The notes beneath the pieces are model-generated. The model was not told the DNA's origin, did not search any database, and was given only the letters and a program-made list of their open reading frames with translations. The translations under genes and the position numbers were made by a program. A stretch of 64,000 nt of DNA from Alphaproteobacteria bacterium (GTDB lineage: Bacteria; Pseudomonadota; Alphaproteobacteria; Bin95), in the NCBI GenBank assembly GCA_965205265.1, contig CBDBGH010000003.1, positions 2,176,001-2,240,000 on the forward strand. The letters are read 5' to 3'. Positions within the stretch are counted from its first letter, which is position 1. Each line of letters begins with the position of its first letter. Shown here piece after piece: positions 39,623 to 51,820 of this stretch.

Positions 39623-40378
39623 ATGGCGGATGCGCTGACTGCCGCCTATGCGCTGCGCCTCGGCGACGATGCGCTCATCCTGAGCCACCGCCTCTCCGAA
39701 TGGGTCGGGCACGGGCCTGAGCTGGAAGAGGATATCGCGCTCGCCAACACCGCCCTCGACCTGCTCGGGCAGGCGCGGCTGCTGCTCGCCTGCGCCGGCG
39801 AGCGGGAAGGCCGGGGCCGGGACGAGGACGCGCTCGCCTACGAGCGCGACGTGCTGGACTTCTCCAACCTGCTGCTGGTCGAGCAGCCGAACGGCGACTT
39901 CGCGCAGACCATGGTGCGCCAGTTCCTGTTCGACGCCTATGCGGTCGAGCTCTGGCCGCGCCTTTCCGCCTCCCGCGACGAAGTGCTGGCCGGCATCGCC
40001 GGCAAGGCGGCGAAAGAGGCCGCGTACCATGTCGAGCAGAGCGCCGCCTGGGTGGTCCGCATGGGCGACGGCACGGAGGAAAGCCACGCCCGCGCCCAGG
40101 CCGGCCTCGACCTGCTCTGGCCCTATGCCGGCGAGATCTTCGAGGCGGACGGGGTGGAAGCGGCCCTGGCGGAGAAGGGCATCGCCGTTGCGCCCTGCGA
40201 ATTGCATGCGCCCTGGCAGGCAAGGGTCGAGCCGGTGCTGGACGAAGCCGGGCTCGCGCCGCCGGAAGGCACCGGGGTCCGCAAGGGGGGCAGGCAGGGC
40301 CGGCACAGCGAGCATCTGGGGCATCTGCTGGCGGAGTTCCAGTTCATGCAGCGCGCCTATCCGGGAGCGGAATGGTGA
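39623..40378 (+). CDS. paaC: Phenylacetyl-CoA epoxidase subunit C
   Basis: LGDDALILSHRLSEW, LEEDIAL, PNGDFA, HSEHLG and QRAYPGAEW motifs. Confidence 0.96.
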   Translation: MADALTAAYALRLGDDALILSHRLSEWVGHGPELEEDIALANTALDLLGQARLLLACAGEREGRGRDEDALAYERDVLDFSNLLLVEQPNGDFAQTMVRQFLFDAYAVELWPRLSASRDEVLAGIAGKAAKEAAYHVEQSAAWVVRMGDGTEESHARAQAGLDLLWPYAGEIFEADGVEAALAEKGIAVAPCELHAPWQARVEPVLDEAGLAPPEGTGVRKGGRQGRHSEHLGHLLAEFQFMQRAYPGAEW

Positions 40379-40824
40379 GCCGCGCGGCGGAAGCGCGCCG
40401 GCTCGCAGAGGCGGTGCCGGACCCCGAAATCCCGGTGCTGACGGCCGGCGACCTCGGGCTGGTGCGCGCGGTGGAGGAAGACGGCGGCAGGCTGGTCGTG
40501 CGGCTGACGCCGACCTATAGCGGCTGCCCGGCAAGCGAGGCGATCCGCCGCGATGTCGAGGCGGCGCTCGCTTGCGCCGGGTTCGCCGACGCCGTCGTCG
40601 AGACCTGCCTTGCGCCCGCCTGGACGACGGACTGGATGTCGGAGGCCGGCAAGGCCAAGCTCGCCGCCTACGGCATTGCGCCGCCGGTGCGGGGGCCGGT
40701 CGCCTGCCCGCATTGCGGCGGCGGCTCGGTGGAGGAGCTCAGCCGGTTCGGCTCCACGCCCTGCAAGGCGCTCTGGCGCTGCCTCGGATGCCGCGAGCCG
40801 TTCGAGCGCTTCAAGTGCCTGTAA
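40372..40824 (+). CDS. paaD: Phenylacetyl-CoA epoxidase subunit D (PaaJ/PaaD)
   Basis: DPEIPVL, TPTYSGCP, PAWTTDW, CPHCG, FGSTPCKAL and EPF motifs. Confidence 0.95.
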   Translation: MVSRAAEARRLAEAVPDPEIPVLTAGDLGLVRAVEEDGGRLVVRLTPTYSGCPASEAIRRDVEAALACAGFADAVVETCLAPAWTTDWMSEAGKAKLAAYGIAPPVRGPVACPHCGGGSVEELSRFGSTPCKALWRCLGCREPFERFKCL

Positions 40825-41900
40825 GGCCGCGTTTCCACGATCTCACCGTCGCTGAGGTCCGCCGGGAGACGGCCGGTTGCGTGTCGGTCGCCTTCGAGGT
40901 GCCTGAGGCGCTGGCCGGGGCCTACCGCTTCGTGCAGGGCCAGTTCCTGACGCTGCGCCGGGACTTCGACGGGGAAGAAGTCAGGCGGTCCTACTCGATC
41001 TGCTCCGGCCTGGAAGACGGCGAGCTTCGCATCGCCGTGAAGGAAGTGCCGGACGGGCGCTTCTCCGGCTGGATCAACAGGGAGCTCGAGGCCGGGGACA
41101 CGCTCTCCGTCATGACGCCGGACGGCCGCTTCCACCGCCCGCTCGCGCCGGGGGGAAGGGGCCGCTATGCGCTGTTCGCGGCCGGCAGCGGCATCACGCC
41201 GGTCATCTCCGTCGCGCGCACCGTGCTCGCCTCGGAGCCGGAGAGCGAGCTGCTGCTGTTCTACGGCAACCGGAACGCCGGGGACGTAATCTTCCGGGAC
41301 GAGCTGGACGACCTGAAGAGCCGGCATCTCGGCCGTTTCTCCGTGCTCCATGTCCTCTCCGGCGAGGACCAGGAGGTGCCGCTCTGCCACGGCCGCCTCG
41401 ACGCGGGCAAGACGCAGGCGCTGATGGAGGCGTTCGGCCCGGCGGAAACCTTCGACGAGGCGCTGGTCTGCGGGCCGGGCGACATGGCCGAGGCCGTGCC
41501 CGGGGCGCTCACGGCTGCCGGCATGGCCGCGGCGCGCGTCCGCACCGAGCGCTTCACCGGCAATCCGGGCCAGGTCGTCGCGCCCCAGGCAGTCGGCCGG
41601 AAAGAGCGCGCCGCCGGCGCGGCCGAAGTCACCGTGGTACTGGACGGCGCCCGGCGCCGCTTCGCCATGGGCTTCGACGGCGAACGCATCATCGACGCCG
41701 GGCGCCGCCACGGCCTCGACCTGCCCTTCTCCTGCAAGGGCGGCATGTGCTGCACCTGCCGGGCCAGGCTCGTCTCCGGCCGGGTCGATATGCTGCAGAA
41801 CTACTCGCTGGAGCCCTGGGAACTCGAAGCCGGCTTCGTCCTCACCTGCCAGTCCCGCCCGCTCACCCGCGAAGTGGTTCTCGACTACGACGCACTTTGA
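40815..41900 (+). CDS. paaE: Phenylacetyl-CoA epoxidase reductase subunit E
   Basis: RRSYSIC, AAGSGITP, LFYGNR and the [2Fe-2S] motif CKGGMCCTC...LTCQ. Confidence 0.95.
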   Translation: MPVRPRFHDLTVAEVRRETAGCVSVAFEVPEALAGAYRFVQGQFLTLRRDFDGEEVRRSYSICSGLEDGELRIAVKEVPDGRFSGWINRELEAGDTLSVMTPDGRFHRPLAPGGRGRYALFAAGSGITPVISVARTVLASEPESELLLFYGNRNAGDVIFRDELDDLKSRHLGRFSVLHVLSGEDQEVPLCHGRLDAGKTQALMEAFGPAETFDEALVCGPGDMAEAVPGALTAAGMAAARVRTERFTGNPGQVVAPQAVGRKERAAGAAEVTVVLDGARRRFAMGFDGERIIDAGRRHGLDLPFSCKGGMCCTCRARLVSGRVDMLQNYSLEPWELEAGFVLTCQSRPLTREVVLDYDAL

Positions 41901-41974
41901 GGAAGACCGGGCTTGTTGCCCGGCCGGCGAGGATATACGGTCCATATCGAATTTGTAGATGGACAGGCGGAACG

Positions 41975-42259
41975 ATGACGCCGGAGATGATTGCGATACT
42001 GGCCGTTGGGGCCAGTCTGGTCGGTATAGGCGTCACCCTGGGCGGCTTGGTCTGGCAGGGTCACCGTGCATTACGCGCCGATCTGGGCGGTCGGATGGAC
42101 CGGATCGAAGGCGTAATGAAGGAACAAGGCGGTCGGATGGACCGGATCGAAGGCGTAATGAAGGAACAAGGCGAGCGTATCGCGCGGATCGAAGGGATGC
42201 TGCATCTGCATCTCGGCCGGAACGCGGACATCGCCCCGCCGGCGGCGCCGGCCGAATAG
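41975..42259 (+). CDS. Small N-terminally anchored coiled-coil protein with 14-aa tandem repeats (paralog 2, 94 aa)
   Basis: First 15 aa identical to the 10008 protein; hydrophobic anchor followed by (GGRMDRIEGVMKEQ)x2. Confidence 0.8.
   Translation: MTPEMIAILAVGASLVGIGVTLGGLVWQGHRALRADLGGRMDRIEGVMKEQGGRMDRIEGVMKEQGERIARIEGMLHLHLGRNADIAPPAAPAE
42086..42169 (+). repeat. Perfect 42-bp coding tandem repeat x2
   Basis: GGCGGTCGGATGGACCGGATCGAAGGCGTAATGAAGGAACAA at 42086 and 42128. Confidence 0.97.
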
Positions 42260-42275
42260 ACTGCCCCGCCCGCCG

Positions 42276-43175
42276 TCACCCGAACACCGCCATCACCTCC
42301 TCGAAGGCCTTCATTTGGCCGCCGGCGGCCGACGACGGGACGAGAACGGGCGTGCGGACGCCGGCGGCGCGCAACTCCTCCACCCCCTCGCGAACCCTCG
42401 CCGGCGGACCGAACAGTGTGACATCGGCAAGCCAGCGGTCCGAGAGGCAGGCGGCGACCGCTGCGTCGCCCCCGGGCATGGCGCGTTCCACCGCCTCCAT
42501 CTCCTCCCGGTAGCCCGCGTCCTTCCAGTAGTTCCGGTAATAGGGAAGCTGCGCATAGCGCGTGAGCGTCTTGCGGTTGACCGCTTTCGCGGCCTCCAGG
42601 TCGTCGGAAACGCAGGTAGGCGTCATACAGGCGATCTCGAAGCCAGCATCCGCGCGCTTCTTCGCCGGCAGCGCTTCCAGCGACGCCGGGATGTGGCGGC
42701 GCGCGGCATTGGCGAACACGATGCCGTCGGCGATCTCCCCGGCGAGCGCGATCATGCGCGGGCGCATCGCCGCCAGCACCACCGGCGGCAACCCGCCCGT
42801 GCGCGGGACGCCCCGGATTTCCTCGACGAAAGCGCGGATATCGCCGAGCGGCTTGCCGGGCCTGATTCCCATGCGCTCATGGGTCGGCTGGTGAGACACA
42901 CCGATGCCGAAGCGGAACCGCCCGCCCGAGACCTCGTGGATAAAGGCCGCCGCCTGAGCGAATTCCTCGGCCTGCTGAAAGTAGATCGGCGCGATCGAGG
43001 TGGCGAAGACCGCGCGCTCTGTGACATGGGCGAGCGCATGGCAGAGCCCGAGGCCGCTGAACGGGCTCGGGACCCACATGCCGGCGAAGCCGCGGCGCTC
43101 GATCTCGCGGGCAAGCTCCAGCGTGGCAAGGCGGCGGCCGGGGACGGCGGTGAGGCTGAGGGCAGGCAAGTCCAT
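42276..43175 (-). CDS. LLM-class flavin-dependent oxidoreductase
   Basis: ERRGF, TSIAPIY, SGGRFRFGIGVSH and LAAMRPRMIALAGEIADG motifs. Confidence 0.88.
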   Translation of the reverse strand: MDLPALSLTAVPGRRLATLELAREIERRGFAGMWVPSPFSGLGLCHALAHVTERAVFATSIAPIYFQQAEEFAQAAAFIHEVSGGRFRFGIGVSHQPTHERMGIRPGKPLGDIRAFVEEIRGVPRTGGLPPVVLAAMRPRMIALAGEIADGIVFANAARRHIPASLEALPAKKRADAGFEIACMTPTCVSDDLEAAKAVNRKTLTRYAQLPYYRNYWKDAGYREEMEAVERAMPGGDAAVAACLSDRWLADVTLFGPPARVREGVEELRAAGVRTPVLVPSSAAGGQMKAFEEVMAVFG

Positions 43176-43262
43176 CGGGTGGAATCCTTCCATTGCGAAG
43201 GGCGCAAGACTGGCACGGTTCCGCTTCCGGCGGGAAGCGTTCCCGCCTAGACTTTTCCCGTT

Positions 43263-45674
43263 ATGGCCCCCCTCCCCTCCCACGCCTCCATCGTCATCGT
43301 CGGCGGCGGCATTGTCGGGCTGAGCCTCGCCTACCACCTGGCGAAGGCCGGGCGCGACGGCATATTGCTGCTGGAACGCAAGCAGTTCACCTGCGGCACC
43401 ACCTGGCACGCGGCGGGCCTTGTGCGCTCCGCCGCGCCGCATCCGACGCTGGCCGCCATCCTCGCCGATTCGTCGCGGCTCTACGCCGAACTGGAGGCCG
43501 AGACCGGCCAGACCACCGGCTACCGGCGGACGGGCTCGATCTACACCGCCGGCAATGCAGAGCGCTGGGAGGAGCTCAAGCGCTCGGCAGCAAGCGCGCG
43601 GGCCTATGGCGCCGAGATCGAATTCTGCACGCCGGCGGACCTGAAGCGCCTCTGGCCGCTCCTGCATGTCGATGACCTGATCGGCGGCAGCTTCTATGCC
43701 GGCGACGGCCAGACCAACCCGGCGGACACCGCCGCTGCGCTCGCCAGGGGCGCGCGGCAGGCCGGCGCCGTGCTGCTGGAGAATGTGAAGGTCACGGGCA
43801 TCCGTGCGGCAGGCGGGCGCATCACCGGCGTCGAGACCGAGGCCGGGCCGGTCGCGACGGAGTGCGTCGCCAACTGCGCCGGCATGTGGGCGCGCGAGGT
43901 CGGCCTGATGGCCGGAACGCCCGTGCCGCTCCACGCGGCGGAGCATTTCTACATCGTCACCGAGCCGATGGAGGGCGTCGAGGCCGGCCTTCCGGTCATG
44001 CGCGACCAGGACAGTTCCGCCTACTACAAGGAAGACGCCGGCAAGCTGCTCGTCGGCGCGTTCGAGCCGGTGGCGAAGCCCTGGGGCATGGACGGCATCC
44101 CGGAGGATTTCTGCTTCGACCAGCTACCCGACGACTGGGACCATTTCGAGCCGATACTGGAAGGCGCGCTGCACCGCGTGCCGGCACTGAGGGAGACGGG
44201 CATACGCCTCTTCTTCAACGGCCCGGAGAGCTTCACCCCGGACCAGGCGTTCCATCTGGGCCCCGCCGGCAATGTCGAGGGCTTCTGGATCGCGGCCGGT
44301 TTCAATTCCATCGGCATCCAGGCGGCGGGCGGCGTCGGCCAGCGGCTCGCGGCCTGGATCGAGGACGGCGCGCCGCCCTGCGACCTCTCGGCCTTCGACC
44401 CGCGCCGGATGCAGCCCTTCCAGAACGGCAGGACCTACCTCAAGGCGCGCGTCAGCGAGGCGCTGGGCCTCCTCTACGCCATGCACTGGCCCTACCGGCA
44501 ATTCGAGACGGCGCGCGGCGAGCGGCGGTCCCCGGTGCATGGCGCGCTGGCGGAAGCGGGCGCCTGCTTCGGCGAGGTCGCCGGCTGGGAGCGCGCCAAC
44601 TGGTTCGCGCGGCCGGGCGAAGAGCCCGTCTATGAATACAGCTACGGACGGCAGAACTGGTTCGGGGCGAGCGCCGCCGAGCACCGGAGCGTCCGCGAGG
44701 AAGCCGGCGTGTTCGACCTCACCTCCTTCGGCAAGATCCTGGTCGAGGGGCCGGACGCCGAGGCGCTGCTGCAATGGGTCTCGGCCAACGACATGAGCCG
44801 CCCGCCCGGAAGCGTGGTCTACACCCAATGGCTGAATGCGGCGGCCGGCATAGAGGCGGACCTGACCGTCACCCGGCTCGACGAGGCCCGCTACATGGTG
44901 GTGACGGCCGCGGCCGCCGCAGCGCGGGACCTGGCCCGGCTCCGCATGGAGGCTCGCGACCGGCGCGTGGACCTGGCGGACATAACGGACGAGCTGGCCG
45001 TGTTCGCCGTCATGGGGCCGAAGTCGCGCGCCCTGCTCGCGCCGCTGACATCGGCCGACCTTTCGGACAATGCCTTCCCGTTCGGAACCTCGCGGGAGAT
45101 CGAGCTGGCGGGCGCGCCGCTCAGGGCGTCGCGCATCAGCTATGTCGGCGAGCTCGGCTGGGAGCTGTATGTGCCCTGGAGCGAGGCGAGAGGGGTGTTC
45201 GCGGCGCTGCGGGACGCAGGCGCTGCGCCCGTCGGGATGCACGCGCTGGACAGCCTGCGCATCGAGAAGGCCTACCGCCACTGGGGCCACGACATCGCGC
45301 CTTCGGACAACCCGGTCGAGGCCGGCCTCGCCTTCGCCGTGAAGCCCGACGCCAAGGACTTCCTCGGCCGCGAGGCCTATCTCCGCGCGCGCGACGCCGG
45401 CCCTTCGCGCCGCCTGATGCAGTTCCGCCTGCTCGACCCCGAACCGCTGCTCTACGGCCATGAGCCGATCCTGGCGGACGGGCGCATGGTCGATACGCTG
45501 ACCTCCGCCAATTACGGGCACGCGCTGGGCGGGGCCGTAGGCCTCGGCTATGTGCCGGTGCAGGCGCTCGATGCCGGCGCATTCGCGATAAATGTGGCGG
45601 GCGTGGCCGTTCCGGCCGAGGCTTCGCTCAGGCCGCTCTACGACCCGGGGAACCGCAGGATGCGGGGTGTCTGA
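43263..45674 (+). CDS. GcvT-family FAD-dependent oxidoreductase (sarcosine / dimethylglycine dehydrogenase-like)
   Basis: GGGIVG, GTTWHAAGL, NGPESFTPD, GWERANWF, YVGELGWEL and SLRIEKAY motifs. Confidence 0.93.
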   Translation: MAPLPSHASIVIVGGGIVGLSLAYHLAKAGRDGILLLERKQFTCGTTWHAAGLVRSAAPHPTLAAILADSSRLYAELEAETGQTTGYRRTGSIYTAGNAERWEELKRSAASARAYGAEIEFCTPADLKRLWPLLHVDDLIGGSFYAGDGQTNPADTAAALARGARQAGAVLLENVKVTGIRAAGGRITGVETEAGPVATECVANCAGMWAREVGLMAGTPVPLHAAEHFYIVTEPMEGVEAGLPVMRDQDSSAYYKEDAGKLLVGAFEPVAKPWGMDGIPEDFCFDQLPDDWDHFEPILEGALHRVPALRETGIRLFFNGPESFTPDQAFHLGPAGNVEGFWIAAGFNSIGIQAAGGVGQRLAAWIEDGAPPCDLSAFDPRRMQPFQNGRTYLKARVSEALGLLYAMHWPYRQFETARGERRSPVHGALAEAGACFGEVAGWERANWFARPGEEPVYEYSYGRQNWFGASAAEHRSVREEAGVFDLTSFGKILVEGPDAEALLQWVSANDMSRPPGSVVYTQWLNAAAGIEADLTVTRLDEARYMVVTAAAAAARDLARLRMEARDRRVDLADITDELAVFAVMGPKSRALLAPLTSADLSDNAFPFGTSREIELAGAPLRASRISYVGELGWELYVPWSEARGVFAALRDAGAAPVGMHALDSLRIEKAYRHWGHDIAPSDNPVEAGLAFAVKPDAKDFLGREAYLRARDAGPSRRLMQFRLLDPEPLLYGHEPILADGRMVDTLTSANYGHALGGAVGLGYVPVQALDAGAFAINVAGVAVPAEASLRPLYDPGNRRMRGV

Positions 45675-45834
45675 CGGATCCGGCTTCCGGCAATCGTCGA
45701 AATCACGAGCTCCGGAACCGCGGAAAGCCCCAGTCCCCACAGTTTCCGGATCAGCTTCCCGATATGCCATTCGCGCATAAATGTTATCCGATTATGCACT
45801 TACCTTTCCGATTCCATGCTTCTAGAGACTATTT
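45674..45834. repeat. 161-bp target-site duplication of IS1634 copy 2, left copy
   Basis: Identical to 50547-50707. Confidence 0.95.
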
Positions 45835-45937
45835 CCTGACTTCGACGGTTGATTCGCATAAGTAGTTGATATTGCCTGGTTCTCATTTCGGCTAGGCACT
45901 ACATCCGGCATTTCTTCGAGCCGTGCTTCGTCGACGG

Positions 45938-47253
45938 TCAGGCGAGTTGATACGGGGTGATCGTCAGGGGCAGCCCCATGGTTGCGTAAATCTGCTCCGC
46001 CGCCGGTGTCGGCTTCGAGGGGATGACGTAGCGGTTGCCCGATTGCCGACAGCGCAGCAGGGAGCACTGGCGGTGGACGAGGGCGGAGCGGATGACCTCC
46101 GGGGACATCCGCCGCTTCTGGATGGCGACGCGGTACGCAAGGTGTCGAACGCAGGCGAAGGCCAGGAAGGCGATGGCGATGTGAGCGCGGATCCGGTCCG
46201 GGTTCCAGTGCCAGATGGGACGTATCTTCAGGTCGTGTTTGGTGATCCGGAAGCTCTCCTCGACCTGCCAGAGCCCCTGGTAGTGAGCCATCACTTCGGT
46301 GACGCGCGCGTCGCGCAGATTGGTGATGACGCCGGTGAGCCCGTCCCATCGTGCGGCCTCGGCGATCTTCTCCGGGTTCACCGTGAGCCGTGCGTCGCCC
46401 TCGACGGCGATGAAGCGCTTCGCCCCGTGATTGGAGAGCAGTTCCCTGGGATTGTCGCTGCGGGCCAGCCTGTCGAGCAGGCGTTCCACCTGATGGCGGC
46501 GCTCGTGCGCGTCCTTGCGTGCGCGCTGGGGGCAGAAGACGACGATCAGGCGACGGCCCTTGTACTCCCACTCGCCGACCCGGCGGTCCTGTGAGCCCTC
46601 CAGCGGGGCATAGGTCCCGGGGTCGAGAACCTGCCCCAGCAGCGCGAGCGGCAGCTTGCGCAGCCGCGCGCCGACGACATACTCGCCGCCGATGGCGTCC
46701 ATGGCGTCGAGGTTGTCGGCGCTCAGCATGCCCCGGTCGGCCACGCATACCGTGCGCTCCACCTGGTGGCGGCGCTGCATGTCCTGCAGGACCGGGACCA
46801 TGCTGTGTCCCTCGTAGGTGGCGCCGGGGAAGACCTCGTAGCTGATCGGCAGCCCTTCGCGCGTCACCATCAGCGCCAGCAGAACCTGCGAGTCCTTGTG
46901 TTTGCCGTCCTTGCTGAAGCCGTGCTGGCGAAGCTCGTCCTCGGCGGCCGTCTCGAAGTAGAGCGTGGTGCAATCGAAGAAGAGGATCGCGACCGGCTCC
47001 GGCAGCAGCGACCGGCTCGCCTCGCCGACGCGCGTGCGCAGTCGCTCGATCACCGTCGCGTCGAGCTGATCCATCATCCGGTAGACCTTCTCGAGCGGAA
47101 GACTCACGCCGAAGTCCTCCTCGAGCCGGCGCACGCTGCCCCGCTTGCTGTCGGGGTTGGCTACCCGCGCCATCACCACATGGAACAGCGCGTCATGGGA
47201 GGCCCGGTAGCGCGAGCGCGGCAGCAGCGCGTCGAGGCCCAGCAGCCGGTAGA
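45938..47253 (-). pseudogene. IS1634 transposase, 3' fragment
   Basis: Matches the copy 1 transposase from IYRLLG to the stop. Confidence 0.93.
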
Positions 47254-47514
47254 TATAGCGCGACAATCTGGGTGAGAGCCGCGCGTCAATCAGGATGAGA
47301 TTCCCCGGCGGCATCGGCGAGTTGATGATTGTCGCGCGGGGCGCGGATTGCAAGCGGTTTCGGATTTTGATTGTCGCGGCGCGACAAACAGGGTTTTCGG
47401 AGAGCGTTTTGATTGTCGCGGGGGGGCCGTCGGGTCGGAGAAGAGACGGCCCGCGGAGGCGATTCCCGCGGGCTGTGAGTGTTGTGGCCGCTGGGCCGAT
47501 CTGGCGGCAGCGGT

Positions 47515-49862
<2,348 letters not shown>

Positions 49863-50043
49863 CTACTCGGAAAAACGTCACCGTTCGCCCAGCCGACCGA
49901 CCCCGCCAGAAGGTCCAGGAAAAATTTTTGAGGCGGCGGCCCGGAACTCCGGTCGGGCTACGCCCTCCCTCCGTTCCGGGCCGCCGCCTTCCCCCGTCTC
50001 ATCCTGATTGTCGCCAGCGTCTCAAGCTGATTGTCGCGCCGCA

Positions 50044-50389
50044 GGTAGATCTCGCCATAGACCTCGTGGATGCCTGTGATCAGGCGCTGCTCCTCTTCAA
50101 GCTGCTTGAGGTCGACCGGGAGTTCCTCCTTGCCGTCCCCCCGGCGGCCGACACGGATCGCCTGCTCAGCGATCTTCTCGGGCGCAAACAATGCCGGCTG
50201 ACGCTCGTCCTCCAGCTTCGCCTTGACGTACTCGCCGAGCTGCCTCAGGCGCTCGAGCTCGTCCTCGTCCATGGCCACGCCGACATGGCGGACGATGCGC
50301 TGTCGGACCTTGCCGCCGTCGCGCACGGCCTCGACGATCTGGACCGAGCGTCGCGGGCTGTTGGGGGAGGTCTTGATGCGCACGAACAT
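50044..50389 (-). pseudogene. IS1634 transposase, 5' fragment
   Basis: Matches the copy 1 N-terminus up to YGEIY, then runs into the IS21 end. Confidence 0.93.
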
Positions 50390-50546
50390 GGGGGGAGTGT
50401 AGCGCGTGGCGGAGGCATTGACAGTCTCAAAGATTTACTAGGCACTACAACGCAGCTTGACCGCACCGCAACTGCCAACTCATTGGCTTTACTGAAAACT
50501 CCAGACGCGAGATCGGTCAGAAGTCAGCCCAACCGTCGAAGTCAGG

Positions 50547-50707
50547 ACGGATCCGGCTTCCGGCAATCGTCGAAATCACGAGCTCCGGAACCGCGGAAAG
50601 CCCCAGTCCCCACAGTTTCCGGATCAGCTTCCCGATATGCCATTCGCGCATAAATGTTATCCGATTATGCACTTACCTTTCCGATTCCATGCTTCTAGAG
50701 ACTATTT
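50547..50707. repeat. 161-bp target-site duplication of IS1634 copy 2, right copy
   Basis: Identical to 45674-45834. Confidence 0.95.
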
Positions 50708-50802
50708 CTTGCGGTGAAGGAGGAGACTTCGCGTGCGGCGATGCTTGGGCAACCGGGCCTTGCCGGCAGGCAAATCGACACGGTTGTACCGGGACTGAAC
50801 CC

Positions 50803-51075
50803 ATGAAAAAATCGGATGTTGTCGGCCGGGTTGCCGACAGGACGGGTTTGAGCAGGGGCACGGCGGAAGAGGCGGTCAATGCCATGCTGGCTGCGATAGG
50901 AGAAGCGCTGGCCCGCGGCGAAGCCGTGCGCATATCGGGCTTCGGCAGGTTCTCCGTAAGGACCCGGCCGGCCCATACCGGGCGCAATCCGGGCACTGGC
51001 GAACCGATTCGGGTCGGCGTCTCGAAAACACCGCTCTTCAAGGCCGGCAAGCGTCTCAAGGAGGTTGTGAACTAA
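50803..51075 (+). CDS. hup: HU-family DNA-binding protein
   Basis: MKKSDVV, GFGRF, TGRNPGTGE and FKAGKRLKE motifs. Confidence 0.93.
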   Translation: MKKSDVVGRVADRTGLSRGTAEEAVNAMLAAIGEALARGEAVRISGFGRFSVRTRPAHTGRNPGTGEPIRVGVSKTPLFKAGKRLKEVVN

Positions 51076-51149
51076 TGGGTTCCCGGCGGCCGGGCCTTTC
51101 GGAGCCCCAGGGACGGAACCCGGAGCCGCCCCCGTCCCGCCGGCTTGCC

Positions 51150-51177
51150 TTGACCGCCGGCCCGGCCGTGCTATCCA
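51150..51177 (+). promoter_or_regulatory. Putative sigma70 promoter of the ccm operon (near-leaderless ccmD)
   Basis: TTGACC-N16-TATCCA with a TG extension, 9 nt upstream of an ATG that lacks a Shine-Dalgarno. Confidence 0.4.
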
Positions 51178-51186
51178 GCGGCGGCG

Positions 51187-51399
51187 ATGAGCGGGCTCGG
51201 CGAACTCTTCCATATGGGCGGCTATGCGGCCTATGTCTGGCCGGCCTATGGCGCGGCTGCGGCCGTGCTGGCCGGCCTGCTTGCCGAGAGCGTGCTGAGG
51301 CTGCGCCGCGCCCGGCGCCGTCTGGCGGCGCTGGAAGCCGTCGGCGGCGGAGTGGACAGTGCAGCTGCCGCCGGCGGCGGCGCGGACAATGCGGCCTAA
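51187..51399 (+). CDS. ccmD: Heme exporter protein D
   Basis: MGGYAAYVWPAYG motif, one TM segment, basic tail; precedes ccmE. Confidence 0.92.
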   Translation: MSGLGELFHMGGYAAYVWPAYGAAAAVLAGLLAESVLRLRRARRRLAALEAVGGGVDSAAAAGGGADNAA

Positions 51400-51820
51400 G
51401 CGCCGGCGCCTTCTGCTGCTGGTCTCCGCGCTGGCGCTTCTCGGCGGGGCGGCCGCGCTGGCGCTCACGGCGCTCGACGACACGATGCGCTTTTTCCACT
51501 CGCCGAGCGAGGTCGCGGCAGGGGCCGTGGCGCCGGGCCGGGAGTTCCGCATCGGCGGGCTGGTGGAAGAAGGTTCGCTGACACGGTCCGGCACGACTGT
51601 CAGCTTCCGCATCGCGGACGGCGCGCACGCTGTCACCGTTCGCTATACGGGGCTGCTGCCGGACCTGTTCCGCGAAGGACAGGGCGTGGTGGCGACCGGC
51701 GCGCTCGACGGCGGGAGGACCTTCCAGGCGACGCAGATACTCGCCAAGCACGACGAGAACTACATGCCGCCGGAGGCTGCGGAGGCGCTGCGGCGCGCAG
51801 GCAAGGCGGACGGGTCGTGA
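51389..51820 (+). CDS. ccmE: Cytochrome c maturation heme chaperone CcmE
   Basis: RIGGLVEEGS, YTGLLPDLFREGQGVV and LAKHDENYMP motifs. Confidence 0.97.
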   Translation: MRPKRRRLLLLVSALALLGGAAALALTALDDTMRFFHSPSEVAAGAVAPGREFRIGGLVEEGSLTRSGTTVSFRIADGAHAVTVRYTGLLPDLFREGQGVVATGALDGGRTFQATQILAKHDENYMPPEAAEALRRAGKADGS

